Notes: generated from the sequence alone by a model not told the origin. A DNA stretch of 62,962 nucleotides, filler included, from Choristocarpus tenellus KU-1152 (GCA_964200185.2; 13 parts of 13 records of this genome joined end to end with filler, not necessarily neighbours in it); one strand, 5' to 3'. Counted from the first letter of the whole stretch, positions 24,656 to 39,020 are shown. Translations and numbers: made by a program.

Positions 24656-27560
24656 TTACGCGTGGTAATAGCTGCAGCAGCGCGGGGACGGCCGGATGAG
24701 ATGATATTGTTGAAGCATTAAAAAACATATCGCACATGTACATACACACATAGCTAACACATTACTCCACGCTGGAGGGATCTCTAACTTTGTTTATCAG
24801 ACATCTAGGCATGGTAACTGCAAAGTGAATATGGTGAGTATGGTCGGATGACATTGNNNNNNNNNNNNNNNNNNNNNNNNNNNNNNNNNNNNNNNNNNNN
24901 TTAATTAATTAANNNNNNNNNNNNNNNNNNNNNNNNNNNNNNNNNNNNNNNNNNNNGTGCCCTCCACAAGCACCGAAATAGTTTTGAACAAAAATATATC
25001 CCGTTCAAAAAGGGACCCTTAAAACGTGCCGCAACATTTACAAAAAAAAACATATTGACACTTTTCCCGGACAATTTTGGGTCAAACCCCTTCCTCCATA
25101 GTATGCTCCATCCTCAATATTGAGAATACGCTGTTTGATGAAGAAGCAAGATTTTTCTTCGCATGTTCATATTTTATGGGCATGTTGCGCAGACACTAAA
25201 AAGGTTGCCCACCAAAACCTCAAAGCAAAATGAGGCAGCCTACGCCTACCTGTGATTACGTCCCCGAAGCCCTCCTGAACTCCATTCCAGCACGGTGTTT
25301 CGCTGGATCCACCAGGCCATTCAGGGAGAGCTTGGTCGCCTTCTCAGCCTTTTCGTTGCTAAGATGGAGAATTTTGAAGACGTTGTCACCCTTGGACCCC
25401 GGAACTTCACCGTGGATTGCAAAGAGGCTCTCCTAGACGCACTCTAGTGTCTCTCGGGGGTACACATTGAACACTTCCATTGTGCCTTCGACTAGCTTCT
25501 CTGTATTGGTCACCCCCACGTCTTCCTTCAGTTGCTGGATGGAATGAAAGATCCCAGATCATTGATGCAAACACAAAACACTTCAATGCTTCGATTCTCA
25601 GTGACCCCAACATCAATGAACAACAAGGCCTGGAAGGCCAATCATACAGGAACATGCAGGGATACATACCATTTAGCGTTTGCCATGAGCATAATGCACC
25701 AAAACATCTACGCAGTGTATGACTGCGGAGAAGCGTACTTAGCACTTCTAAAGCGTGTTCCCAATCTGTACTCCACAAGACGGATGTTTCTCCATGCAAG
25801 GAGAAGAGAGAATCTCATTCTATGCACACATACGTCCTCAACAACAGAACAAGCAACACAAAAAGTTTACGTACTGACTGGTATTAAGGAGATGGCAGAT
25901 TTCAGAGCAGAGTACAATCCACAAAATAACCACACCAAGCTTCCTTCAGATACCATGAGGCCATTGTTGCAACCGCCTGTACATGAAACATGAAAGACAT
26001 CCCATTCATTAGAGAGAGAGAGAGCAAAAGATTCTTGTGTTGCACTACAAGGGGGAAAACAGCATAGAAATTGCTTCAATTCCCTCTGCAGCGAGAAATA
26101 ATAAAAATGGATCAATTCTTGTAACTTCCCATCCCAGACTGTGCACCCTACAGGCCTGTCACGTAAATCCCCAAACTGTATATTTGTCTGCCATTACTCA
26201 AGTCAATGTGTGCTAATTTTCATCTCCGCACACATGTAGGTCAGTACATTATAATTTTGTGCTATATTCGTGTAGATTCAAACATATACAAAAACAAACG
26301 CAGGAAATATACCAACTACTTGCCTTATTATTTTGGTCCGGATAATAGCCTCTAAAGGTCAGCTACACAGCATGCTTCTTTCTGCCAACGGATTCTACAA
26401 AAAAGGATAAAAACATAGCAATGTCATGGTGCCACTAACAACTCTTCACCCCCCTCCCCCCATCCATGCGTTCCAATAAAGCACTATCCCCAGAAAAGCA
26501 CATCAATACCTAAGGTACTGAGGAATATATCACATATTTAAGCTTAAAGAATACACCATATGGGGAGACAGGGGCAAGGGGGAAGAGGGCTCGGAACATA
26601 GTAACGGTCACTAATTGCAAACCCCAATCAAATAGAGTGAAAAATGAAAAAAAAAAGGCATCTAAACTATAGACCAGAATGGTCAATAGAACTGAAAATC
26701 CTTGCAAGAGTAAATATAGAAAAAAATAAGAATATGAAAAAATGAAAAAACGTAAGCATTGTGCACCCCCATTCTGTACTATAGTACTGCCTCTGGCGAG
26801 GTTGACAGGTAAACAAAATTCGCACAAGAGATTATAGCAATCAAACTTAGTACATCACTTGCGCATTTCGAGCATTGTATATACAGTAACTAACAGCACA
26901 TACTTCAATGCTTAATGGTGTATTCCAGAAGTTCCACTGAGATCAGGTACCTGGATGCAATCTCTAGTAAAAAAAAACTGTAAGACTGCAGTAAAGGAGA
27001 CAACAAAGCCTTGCTGGCAAATTACCCCCCTCCCTCTCCCTAACCTTAACTAAACCTTTGAATACTACAACAGCAATATCTCTTGGGTTTGCAAAGAGAG
27101 CTATTAAACAAGTATCATATCTCCCCCTTGAATTAAGAGGTCTTTGGACCAAATCATAGATGATCATTCTAATTGTCCCTCAAGCCTCAAGAACAGGGAT
27201 CAATCATTTACCACCGGGCACATCAGCAGAAAGAGGGCAAAGCGGCAAGGAGATGTTACACGATATCTCTCCCCAAATAATGGACAAGAGAGGCCATATA
27301 ATTGCAGCAGGTATAACAGTCGTAAACAGACACATTTAAACACAACCTCTACCGTCTGGCACACACCAACAGCAGCGGTCATCCTCCCCCCACTCCTATT
27401 CCAAGGCTATATTGCATCCATTCCACCAAGAGTGGCTCAGTGGATGTGGAGGTATGAGGAGAGGACATTGTGTAACTTTGAGAATAACACAGCGCTATTG
27501 TATTTCAGCATTGAATGTCTTGTCCTCAGTCCAGACCTCCCTCCTCCTCATCCATCACTC

Positions 27561-28044
27561 TTAGAAGAAGTTTTGTTGAGAAGTAGGTGGATGCACCTGT
27601 TGCTGCAGGTGCTGATGCTGGTAGCCCTGGTCAAACTGGTGCTGTTGATTAAGGCTTGACCCCCCTCCGCTAATGTTACCAGCCCCAAATGGTCCTCCAG
27701 ATGCCTGCTGCTGGTGATAAAGGGGCTGCTGCTGCAGTTGCCCTGCAGCAATTGCTTGAATATGTGCATCAAAAGGATTGTGTGAGGCTGCAGACCCACC
27801 ATTCCCTTGGGCAATACTGTTGTTCATGAATGGATTCATCACTATGTTGCCACCCCCCTCCCCACCCCCAATATCTTCAAAGGGGCTTCCAGCAACCTGG
27901 TGAGAAGATGGAAGCACCCAATGTTGCTGTGCCACAGGTTGTGCGGAGGCTGCAAATGGATCATGGGAGACCATCCCAGTTGTGGCCCTATGACTAGAGC
28001 TTGATCGAATACGCTGCGGTCTCATGGTCTGGGATCCCTTGGTC

Positions 28045-28045
<1 letters not shown>
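27561..28045 (-). CDS. Terminal coding exon, Gln/Gly-rich with DPF and two NPF motifs (endocytic adaptor-like)
   Basis: Open frame ...HDPFAAS...MNPFMN...HNPFDAH...QQNFF*. NPF/DPF are EH-domain/AP2-binding motifs. The 5' part is lost in a poly-G run at the contig end. Confidence 0.6.
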
Positions 28046-28090
<45 letters not shown>

Positions 28091-28403
28091 ACCCCCCCAA
28101 ACCCACAGANNNNNNNNNNNNNNNNNNNNNNNNNNNNNNNNNNNNNNNNNNNNTTAATTAATTAANNNNNNNNNNNNNNNNNNNNNNNNNNNNNNNNNNN
28201 NNNNNNNNNGTGTTTGGTGTGGTGTGTTGGGGGTGGTGGGGGGTTGTGGGGGGTGGGGGGGGGGGGGGGGGGGGGGGGGGTGGAAAGGGTGTTTTATGTG
28301 AAACAAGAACTATTGCACAAAGTGCAAGTGCACACATACATCATGCTGTTCTGCCTCCTGTCCTTATGTGGTGACAACGTGCTATGATGGACTGTATTGA
28401 TAG

Positions 28404-28988
28404 GAGTCTGGTATACCTGGGGAGAGGAGAACAATCTCTTCTAAGATGGGCGCTTCGAAAGGAGTCAAGGAGGAATTCACCAATCCTGAAGAGGCCATAG
28501 TGAACTTCCTGATGAGGACCCTGAGGTGAAATCAAGAAATCCTGAGTCCTCTTGGGAAGGCGTTGATATCCTGTGTGCGTTTGGGGGTGGTACGCGACGG
28601 AGGCGTAAGGACAAACAAACAAAAAAAGAGTGTAATATCAGCCTCGCTTTTTTTTGGGAAAACCATGTGCATCTTGTTGTGTCCCGCCGATGGATTTGGT
28701 GTGTGCTTCTGTTCTGCTCTGATGGACTGCAGGCGTAATCATTTTTGTGTGTGTGTGTGTGTGTGCAGGCGTTTCTATGGTGAGGTCCGCAACAGCGTCA
28801 TGATCGACCTCCTGTTCGACATGCTTCAGAAACCGTCTGAGAACCAGGCCTTGTTGGAACTGGCGGAGCATTTCATCTGGTCTAGCTGGACAGTGCACAG
28901 TGACGAGGGGGTCATGCGACTGATGGAGGATGCTGATAAGCTCAGTACAGCACAAAAGCTGGAGTCTTCGAATGCCGCACTTGAGAAG
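28404..28988 (+). CDS. Two exons of a TPR-type helical-repeat protein
   Basis: Exons 28404-28525 and 28769-28988 join in phase: ...IVNFLMRTLR/RFYGEVRNSVMIDLLFDML...LAEHFIWSSWTVHSDEGVMRLMEDADKL...ALEK|gt. The ExxIWxxW pattern resembles known TPR proteins. Confidence 0.6.
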
Positions 28989-29145
28989 GTGATAGGAGGG
29001 GGGGGGGGGGGGGGGGGGTTAAGGGTGCCACCTCGGAGGGGGTGTTTTTTAAACTTTTTTTTTTTGTTGTTTTTGGGCGATTGTGTACTATAAATAAATG
29101 AATGAATGACTGTGTACGTGAATAGTGTAGAGCCAAAGTACAATA

Positions 29146-29412
29146 GAGCCAAAGTGTCTTTTAGAGGGTAGAGCCGTGTCCATTTAGGAGACAAAATCCA
29201 ATGTTGCGATTTTGACGTAATTTTGGCTATCCTGTTTGTTAGGAAGTGTCAATATCCATGTTTCGGACACACCTTTTCATAACATACGCACTTTACCCTA
29301 ACCCTAAGAAATATTTTGGAGAAGGTATAATGTCATGAGATTACCCCATGGGAAGTCAAGGCCCAAATGGACAAACAGGGCAAAGCTCGTACCCCATAAG
29401 ATACTTTCGCTT
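29146..29412 (+). mobile_element. MITE family A copy; internal hairpin arm replaced by CCCTAA repeats; extra TIR stub at 29130
   Basis: Aligns to the other family A copies. ctttaccctaaccctaagaaa stands where the consensus has ttttacctactccgaaa. Confidence 0.88.
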
Positions 29413-30944
29413 GTTGTTTTGTATTTAGTGCGCAGGAGTGTTTTTTGAGGGTTCAAGATAATGAGGACCTTTATTTTTGTCTGTGGACTGTGAAATGTTT
29501 TCTCGAAGGAGGGTTGTTGTTGTTGGAGGTGCTGTAGATGAGATATAGTGGTCCGTTGGAGACTCAAGAATGAATGAATGCATTGTAACATTTTATTTTT
29601 AGTTGGGAGGAAATTGTTTGAAAGATCTTGAAGAGAAGGAGAGACGTAGTAGTGGGATGAAGAGTCACATTTTAGACCAATCGAATGGCCTAGGTGCCGA
29701 TTTGAGCCTATGATGAGGGGGTGTTTTCTCAGGTTGTCCTTCAGAACAGGGTTGCAGTTTAGTCTCGATGTGGTGGGAGGGACTCCACAAGAAGCCATTG
29801 AGAGTGATGTCTTGAATTACTTTCACCTTCCTAAGTTTGTTGGTGGTGGGTAAAAGTATATATTAAGAGTTCCATGCTGCGCTGTGAATCTCTGATCTTT
29901 CATAGTCGATGGAAGTCGGAAATTTCCTAGATTTTTCTCCTGGATTGGCAGAAATAGTATCGATATTTTGCTTGCTGAGCTTACGTGATTCAATCGGTAT
30001 TGAATACGTAGCAGTCTTGGCTGTGGCAGTGGGGAGTGATTTGGTTGGTTGACTTGCGATATTCAGCCTTGTCTTGCTCTGCTCTGCCAGGTGGAGTGTG
30101 TGTTTGGTTGTCGCTGTGCCCCATCTCGTGGTCCTGATAGGAGATACTTGTCTGGGGTATTTTGAGTTGCTGTGATAGATTCTTAAGAAAAATGAGGTAT
30201 GGTCTGTGGAGGACTCTAAGTCCTTGGTAGGTCACTAGCTAGGGGTATCTGACGGGACATGGATGGACATCAGAGTATAAATTGTTTGTGGAGGACATGG
30301 TGTACTTGTCCCTTCCCCTCCCACTCCCTTCTCCCCCCAAAGTGGGACGATTTATATCTGCTGGCATAGTGGTGGTTTAATTACCCTTCTATTCATTTTT
30401 CTATTTGTACACCAGCTGGTCAGGCCTAGTAGCAAAACCTACTTGTAGAGCATTTTTTTATTTTTGTGTATTTCAGTATCTAGCAAAAACTGAATGGAAG
30501 GGGATAGACAACTTGTGTTGTCGTCATGATGTAACTGATGTAACTGATGTAACTGATGTAACTGATGCTTTATGCGGAGGTGAAATAATTGAGAGAGGTA
30601 ACCCGGGGTTGTGTTTTTATAAAGAACACTTTGAAAAAATAAATGGGTTGTCGTACAAATGCCGATTGGGGGGGGGGGGGGGGGCTTTTCGGGCAGAAGG
30701 GAAAAGACCCATATTGGGGCTCGAATCTTTGCACTTGGTCCCGCGAAAATAGGGGGNNNNNNNNNNNNNNNNNNNNNNNNNNNNNNNNNNNNNNNNNNNN
30801 TTAATTAATTAANNNNNNNNNNNNNNNNNNNNNNNNNNNNNNNNNNNNNNNNNNNNGGGGTGGGGGGGGGGGGGGGGGGGGAGATCAATAGATGGTTGAT
30901 AGAACCAGTTGCAGGAAGTTTCTCCTACTTTTGATCATTGACGA

Positions 30945-31953
30945 TCAATGCCTCCCATGAGCGTACACGAGCTGATTGTTATCGAGGTCACGGACAACCA
31001 CAACAGGCGTGTCCTCAGCCCCATCGCCTTCCACCTTTATCGAAAAGTTTAAGCGGAAAGAGAGAGAGAGGGGGTGGGGGGGGGGAATGGCAAACAGAGA
31101 GCAGGAACAAACAAAAACAGAATAGAGAAGAAATTATGAATTTAGTGAGTGGGGTGTGTGATTGTGAGTAATCAAAAAGGTCGAAATTTCCACATCCTAC
31201 GTACAAACACCACAAACAACAGGGCAACAAGATACATTTTTTTTTAAACTAAGAAAATAAAAAAACAGTAGAAAAAAAATCTAATGTACAAAAAAAGGGG
31301 TTAAATAGAGAACAGAAAACTCGTGAGAGCGAGACACTCCAAATGCCCCCAACACTCCAGGTCCTTCTGTTCCCCCCCTCTCCCTAGCCCTAACACTAAC
31401 CCAACAGCCACCTGCGGTTGACATCCCTCACGGTACACCCTCGCAATTAAGAAACAAATTTATTTATTTTTATCCAAGCTCGCATGCACACCCTGGCCCT
31501 TCCTTCCCCCTACCCGACACCAACGCACCGTAAGAAAAAAATACGTGATAATTTTTTCTTTAATTATTAATGTATAAATTAAAATCGAAAAAAATAGGGA
31601 GACACGTGAGAATTGCCGCTTTGTCGAAAGTATTATTATTATAATTATCATTAATTTTTATTACCTTCATTGGTCCTTGTTCAGGAGAACCAGACTGAGA
31701 TGAGCTCCCCGCCAGCCAACGCCTCCATCCAGTTCCCCCCTCTGCCTCAGGCGAAAGCCTTTGGAGACGATCAATCTGCCCTCAAAGAGTAAGAAGTGGA
31801 AAGTGTGTGTGGTAGGGGTGTGTGGGGTGTGTGAGGGGGGGGGGGGGGGGGGGGGGGCACACCGGGTTTTTGAAGGGGGGGGAGGGNNNNNNNNNNCCCC
31901 CCCCGCGCCGGGAGAAGGCGTGGGAGAGCAAACACCACCCCAAAGAGAGAAAA

Positions 31954-32013
<60 letters not shown>

Positions 32014-33699
32014 AGAGAGTACAACAGTATTTTGAAGTAGTGGAAAGGTCTGCTTGCGTGTTTGTAATAACGAGGGGGGATTGCTGTGAACAATGCTTGT
32101 CAAAGAGCACGCACACATCAGATTTTTGTAACTGTCACCATCGTTACCGTTAGTACCAACTGCAAGAAACAAAAAGGCACTCGCATAGCTGACTGTAACC
32201 GACATCCCACAAAAAAAAAAAAAATCCACGACATGCAAGACATCGCCCACAAAAAAAAAAAAAAAAAAACAAGAACCAGAAATGATAGAAAATTCAGTGC
32301 AGAGAGTTGTACTACTTGTACTATAAATATTATTAACACTATTTTTATCATTTACCGTGTAAATAGGAGTAGCAAACATAGCAATAACCACTCCCATCCC
32401 AGTAAGAGCCTTTATACCTGGACGAAGGGGTCTCTACTTCACTACATGCCACAGTACATTAATAGTAACCTACTCCTTTTAAATCACAACACACATGCAA
32501 TATAGGTCGTTGCAATCTGGCCATGGCAAGAGCAACCCTACCATACTAAAACAGCAAAGACTACAGTGGTGCTTGTGTTACCAGTCCTCACTCCACTCTA
32601 CTCTAATCAAGTGTTCCACTTGAAATTTTGGAGTATCTTGAGGAGCATCACCTGTGTTTCTCTCCCCTATAACCAATTATGATATAAACATAAATCAATA
32701 AGAATATTAGTGGTGCATCTAAAAGACTCTCTATACACCCTCTAACACCTCTGATACAAGTTGGTACCACCTTGCAAGGCGATGTGAGCAGATGTCCAAT
32801 GCCATACACCACGTTTAATTAGATTTCATCACTCCTCCCTTTCCTGCCAAAACAACTAATGCTAATGTCAGGGTTAGGGTTAGGGTTTTAGATGGACTAC
32901 ACCTGGAAAGACACATGCTACCTCACCCCCCCCCCCCTCCCCGCCCCCTTATATAAGTATCATTTTTCTAATCATACACACTATAAAGGTTGAAGCCTTC
33001 AATATCCCTAACCCTAGGTGTACAATAATAAAGAGAAAGAAAATCATTTTTGTTTACACAGAACATAAATTATCATTCTGTTCATCAACTAAACACATCA
33101 CAATCTCATACACAGAACAACAAAACAAAAAAACGGACACAAACATAAAAAATAGTTCCACAGCTCTTATCGTTAGAAGTTTATTATTCCGAATTCAAAA
33201 TATTATTCCTAAAAAAATCATTGAGTACAATTGTAACAAAAAAGAACAGCGACCACTTGACACCACAACAAATTCAGTTGCAAGAAAGTCGATGATCTCA
33301 TCTAAAAGAAAAAAGGAAAAAAAATTAAAATAACTGAAAGCAACTGTCAAGCGATAGGCTACTACTCATAATGATCAGGCTGATTGACTCAAAAGTATCT
33401 GTGGGGGGTGGCATCTGTCCATTCGAAGCACATTTTGAGTAAGTCGAATTAAATTTGGTGTGATTTGGTTGCATGCGTCAGATGGATGGCGTAAGTGCAC
33501 TTCTCCTGGACAGGGCCTGAATGGACACCCTGGTGTATACCCCCCACCCCCAGATACCTTTTGAGGCATTATTGGACTGACTGTACTGTACCTCTGTCTG
33601 GAGGAGTACATTCATGGCCTCCAATCGGGCGTATTTGTGACGAAGCATTTCACTCTCTTTCTCCAGTTTGGTCTTCTCCAGCTTCACAGTCAAGTAATC
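30945..33699 (-). CDS. 3' end (3 exons) of a coiled-coil protein of unknown function
   Basis: Phase-0 exons 33592-33699, 31665-31775, 30945-31034: DYLTVKLEKTKLEKESEMLRHKYARLEAMNVLLQTE/IDRLQRLSPEAEGG...GPMK/VEGDGAEDTPVVVVRDLDNNQLVYAHGRH*. Confidence 0.7.
33386..33567. mobile_element. MITE family B copy
   Basis: GACTCAAAAGTATCTG...CCCCAGATACCTTTTGAGGC, flanked by ATT/ATT. Confidence 0.78.
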
Positions 33700-34746
33700 C
33701 TGAGATATATATATATATATATTTAAAAAAATTCATTTTTTAATTTTTTTTTTTAAAGAGCAAGTGATGTGATCCTTTTTTTTTTGTCAAGAATATATAT
33801 TTTTTCTTTCTCAACTACCGTAACACCATCCAATGGATTAAGAGGCATACATCTGTTACATTCATCATTCACACACACAAACACTTAATTTGGTGAAGAG
33901 ACTACAAGCGCATGCCAATATGAACAAAAGAAACAAAAAAAAATTAGGAAATAATTGTTTGAATCAAGAGAACAAAGAACTCTATTAAAAGAAAAAAAAT
34001 TGCAAATCGCTGAGGGTTCCGAGGAAGTTCATTTTTATGTTTCTTAAAAAAAAAACACCCCTGTGAGAAATGAATAAAGTGGTCCAACAGTTTCAACTGA
34101 TATCTACATCTTCTCCCTTTCGTAACTCCAAAAAACTGGCTCTTTATTGAATCATTGTAATTCACAACCTCCCCTTTTATTAAATATTGTAACTGTCAAA
34201 TGGACAGTTCATGAGTGACCTCTCTCTCTTGTTTCAAAAACAAAACAAAACTAACCACTCCCCCCCCCCCCTTGCCAACATCTTCGGTTTGCCACTTTTG
34301 GTTGGCTGAGGTAGCCTTGGTTGGGAGNNNNNNNNNNNNNNNNNNNNNNNNNNNNNNNNNNNNNNNNNNNNTTAATTAATTAANNNNNNNNNNNNNNNNN
34401 NNNNNNNNNNNNNNNNNNNNNNNNNNNCGCGATATGAAAAAATTGACCCCAAATGGACAGCCTCCACCCCCTCCAAGATACTTCGGGCCCGGACCAAGGC
34501 CCAACCAGGCAGAAAAAAATTAGGTTACAATCTGGGCCAACCATCATTCGACAATCTTCAAAATCTGTTGGATTATGGGTAGAATTTAGGGTCAGAGTAA
34601 GAAGGGAAGGGGGGCATGTCTGATGATGACACAGAGACTCACTGGTTTGCTTTTAGTGATAGTTTCCAACACCTTTGTTATCTGCACATTAGTCTCAAAC
34701 CATGGTATACACCTATTTGTGCTACTTCCATTCATGTCTTGTTCCT

Positions 34747-34929
34747 GACCCAAAGTATCTGGGGGGGTGGGGGGGGTCTACACCAGAGTGTCCATTTCAA
34801 CCAAAACCAGGAAAAGTGCACTTTCATTGCCCATCCAACGTATGGAACCAAATCACCCAAAAATCGCAACATGAGAAAATTGGTCCCAAATGGACAGCCG
34901 CCGCCCCCTCCCCCCAGATACTTTGAGCG
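34747..34929. mobile_element. MITE family B copy. Partial copies or TIRs also at 11136-11161, 17906-17935, 20718-20760, 34428-34490, 37868-37891, 46390-46414 and 58000-58187.
   Basis: GACCCAAAGTATCTGGGG...CCCCAGATACTTTGAGCG, flanked by TCCT/TCCT. Confidence 0.85.
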
Positions 34930-35621
34930 TCCTCAGGCATCGGGTTCAGTAATCCCACTGATTCTTGAACCGCCTACTCCCTGAAATCTTGCGAGCCATA
35001 GTAGGAACGTTTCCACAATGAAGCCTTGCCACCATGCTTCAGTTAGTTCGCGTCGTTTCTCGATTAAGCAACTGTCAAGAATATGCTTGAATTCTTGTGT
35101 TAAAGAATGTTACGCGAAATGAACTATTTTTTCATTTTTAGAACAATAGGAGAGCGTCACCTGATGGGCTCGATAGAGGAATAGTGTTATATGAAGATGA
35201 GTTTGCGAATAGGCACAGGTACAGAGACTGATGTCCAACTTGCGACGGACCAGTGACAAAGGGGTCAACAGGTTGGTGGTTAAGATAGAACAGCAACGAG
35301 TGCTTGTTGGCACGGATGCCTCGCTTGGGTGGACAAGATCACTTCTCGTGTTCCTCCTCTCCACCATACCAAGGGAAAGATCAATACCACTTTACCGAAG
35401 TCCTTGAAACAAAAGCTTCATTCACAGCACTGACAGACAGGAAGGTAGATGTAGGGGTTCCGTTGTGCTTGCCACACGAATCGACCAAAACTAATTTCCC
35501 TGCAAGGAAAATCTGACCTCAACTATGTGTAAATCTGTGTATTCGTTTGACAGATGTTCTCCAACTGGAGAGTGGACCCATATGGCGCTCTAACAGTCCA
35601 GTACTTTGCAGATTACATCAC

Positions 35622-36410
35622 CTGGCCTGTCAGCAACCAGTACAACACCATCCCAGTGGACCAGATGTCACTGGCTTTGGTGGCAAGAAATTCCTTCCCA
35701 ACCATCGACGCTCTTGCCCTTTCTGGAGCACAGTATCTGTTGGTAGGGGTGAACAGATTAAGGCCAGAAGGCTGCTGTGCCAACAGCTGCTTCTCTAGGC
35801 GGAGAAAACGTATACAGCTATCTTGTTCCCAACCCCTGACTGTCAAGTCTATTTGTGAAATTGACTTCTGAAATACTTCGGAGTGAATCATTTCTCTACT
35901 TTTGGAGTTGTTGATCTAAAGGTGAAGTTGGTGGAGAGGAGGGTGTACCATCTTGTGAAAGTGTTTGGCACACAACAAAGCAAGAGTACCCAAGCACACG
36001 GGTAGATGATACTTTGCATCAGGTCGGAAAATGACCCGGCTATATCGAATCTTGAGGAAAGAGGGTTGGCATCAGTTGAAACAACAAAGTTCTTCACACT
36101 GCTTACTTTCTATTCTCTACCACTAAAATCAACATAAGCGCCCCAGCACAGTATTACCCTCTGTTATAGGCAGGAGAAAGCCAATGCCATGAGGTGCCTC
36201 TCAGTCTAAAAATGAGTGTCTGTTAAATTGCAACACACACAGACACAGACACAGACACAGACACACACAAAGACACACACACCTTGGTGTGAGGCAGTGC
36301 TCTTGGCCGAATGAGGCCCCTATGCTCTCCTGAAGGCACTTCTCTCTAGATGCTATACCCCCGGGCAATACACACACAGCATCGAAGTCAATGGCCTTCA
36401 GCTCTCCATC
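35622..36410 (-). CDS. Two exons of a Ser/Thr kinase-like protein (activation segment to subdomain IX); may be a pseudogene
   Basis: Exons 36283-36410 and 35622-35736 join in phase: DGELKAIDFD...LTPR/YCAPE...SDIWSTGMVLYWLLTGQ. Flanking exons could not be recovered cleanly. Confidence 0.7.
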
Positions 36411-37249
36411 CTGCCTCCAACCGTTCAAGTAAGGTGACAAGAAATATTGTGGCTAGTTTTTGGCATATATTTCTACAGTACTGCAGTGAGTGCCCTTGGT
36501 ACGCCTAAAACAGGCGTTGCCCAGGTAGGTTGTACTTTGACCAAAGTACTTGTTTAGCAAGAAATAAAAAAAACGAGAAGAAAAATGGAAGGTTAATAAA
36601 AAAAAGCGAGACAACCTCAAGGCAAACGCATGCTGTGTCTCCAATTGCACCAAGTTCGAGAGGGTGGGGAAGTTGGCTGGAAAAAGATGTCCTACTATTG
36701 AGTCGATTCTGTTTGTCAAAGTATTGCTTGTACTGTGGTTCCTACCAATCAATCCTACTGATATTGTCAATCCCGGCATGGTTGCAACACAAGCAGAACT
36801 ACAGTTTTCTACCTTCCCCATCTTTTGTCTCCAAGTCTGCCGCACTAACCGATAAGAATCCTTTTGTTTGTACCTCTCTTCTGGTTGAAGTTGCGGCGGT
36901 TTATCTTATGTCCTCGACATATTATTTTTATTGCGTTCTTGTCTGTTGTAGTGGTCGGAGTACTTCTACGTCCTACCAATACAGCTCAAGAATAAAATTA
37001 TAAAAATGATGACATGTTGTGCAGGCTGTTAGTACTGAGAGGAGTAAATGGTACTATAGGGAACCTACCTGTCCCTCCACAAAATTCTCTGGCTTTATGT
37101 CACCCCACACCAGTCCTAACTGGTGCACCCACTGACATGTCTCCACCACCTAAAAGTGTTGTCACTGTGAGATGTTTAAGGTAGATGGTTGTGGTTTCGG
37201 CAACAACAGGGGGGCTAGGCTTTGGCAGGACGTTCGTGTGTTTGGTAGA

Positions 37250-37640
37250 TCAAACCAGCAGGCTAGACACTGATAGTAGCTCCATAGTAGTTTGTGGTAA
37301 CGGAGTATACAATACGATATGAGATTACAGAAAACTTCGTGTGCATTATGCCTATCCAGTTCAAGATATAAATTCTTCATGACGACTTTTCTTTATCATC
37401 ACATGGAATGTACATTGTCAGGCTGCCTGCAGCAAGACGCAAATGCAGCAAACCCACTGTACTTCATGTGGGATAATGGACTGAAAAAAGATTTGCTGCA
37501 GCAACTCGTAGATGTGCAGGGTAGACAAGCCACAGTGGAGTCCTACTTTGGTGGAGAGCAGAAAGACACCTCTACCCCAACAGTTCAAGGCTGCGTGGTC
37601 CATCCTGACTGAGTCCTCATGGTGTCCTGGTCTGAGCACT
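37250..37640 (+). mobile_element. Possible hAT transposase C-terminal remnant
   Basis: CALCLSSSRYKF (cf. AxxLDPRYK) followed by frameshifted ESYF...LYP...FKAAWSIL (cf. dimerisation domain). Weak. Confidence 0.25.
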
Positions 37641-39020
37641 TCTTTCTTGACTTACTTCAGAAAAAAAAAAAATACACACACAAACACACACCTGCCGGGC
37701 ATAAGGCTTCACCCCGTCCGCCTAGCCTCCCCCACACACAACACAAAGCGGGGAAGACACACTTCCANNNNNNNNNNNNNNNNNNNNNNNNNNNNNNNNN
37801 NNNNNNNNNNNTTAATTAATTAANNNNNNNNNNNNNNNNNNNNNNNNNNNNNNNNNNNNNNNNNNNNCCCCCCTCGCAGATACTTTGGGTCTCTCCGTCT
37901 GTGTCGGCACCCCCACTAGCATCAAAAACTCCCCTTCACACAGCAACAGCAGCCTAGCCAAGACGAAGAGTGAGATGGGGGATCAGGGTGACCAGGGAGG
38001 TCGTGGTGGGCATTGGGAGGATGGCAAAGGGGAAAGGGCATGCCAATCTCACTCACTCAACGCACCAGTCACTTTATTGAATGCATTTTAGTATTGTATT
38101 GTCATCCTATTGGGAGTGTCAAGTAAGGTCTTTCACAAAGTGACCTCTACCCCTCGCAGTTTAGGTTTATCTGACTTTGACCAAAGAGGACGATACATTC
38201 GGTTTCCCTTGGCTGCATTAGGTGCAGAGATATCCAACTCCAGACGAGATGGTGAGCCTTGCTTCACAACATGGGTTCGTCTACCTCTCCAGTCGTTCAA
38301 CCAATAATTACACCCAACTTGTCGACTTACATGTCCTCGCTTGCTCAGTATCACGGATTGAAATATCTCAAACTGTCCCCCTGCACGCACCTGATGTTCT
38401 AAGCTCGTGATTCCACTACTCCAGCTATAGTGAACTAACCGTATATGGCCATCAAGTCAAGGTCCTACACTATAGTCTCGACTCTTCTCTCTGTAGTATG
38501 TCATGTCATGCAACACGGGCGATCCAGTATAAATCCCTGACAGTTGTTTTTCACAATATTTGCAATGTGGATGTCTCCACGACCACGGACGCCTTCCCAA
38601 GATGCCGATCGCTAGATTCAGAAAAAAAAAAAACGGAATTGCTCTGTCTGTACATCAACCACAGCTAAGTGATCGTTCTCAACATGCCCAACCACAGCGT
38701 GCCACCCACACAGTTTGGTCGTTGGCCACAGGTTACACCGGCTCTATTCATCTCCACTCAGCTCAGTCCATTGGTCTCCATTTCTTGTTCTCGATCTCAA
38801 GCTGCGGCTAACTGTCTTGTACACAACCTACACGAAAACCATCACATGAAAAAAAAGAAAAAACATTTTTATTCAGTATGCACTTTTTGAAAAGAGGAGT
38901 GGTTTTGTGTGTGGTCGGAATGAAACTCCGGAATGAAACTCTGGGATGTACTGGCACACACAAACACACACACACACACACACACACTCTCCAATATAAA
39001 AAAACACACCTAGATAACAA

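Noticed and set aside
31761-32397. Poly-Pro / poly-Gly ORFs (formin- or extensin-like)
   Set aside because: Derived from low-quality poly-G tracts around an internal N gap inside an intron.
38200-38300. TALE-homeodomain-like WLH*VQRYPTPDEMVSLASQHG
   Set aside because: In-frame stop and no WFxN helix 3. It may be a 30-nt microexon of an unknown gene, but the homeodomain call is unsupported.
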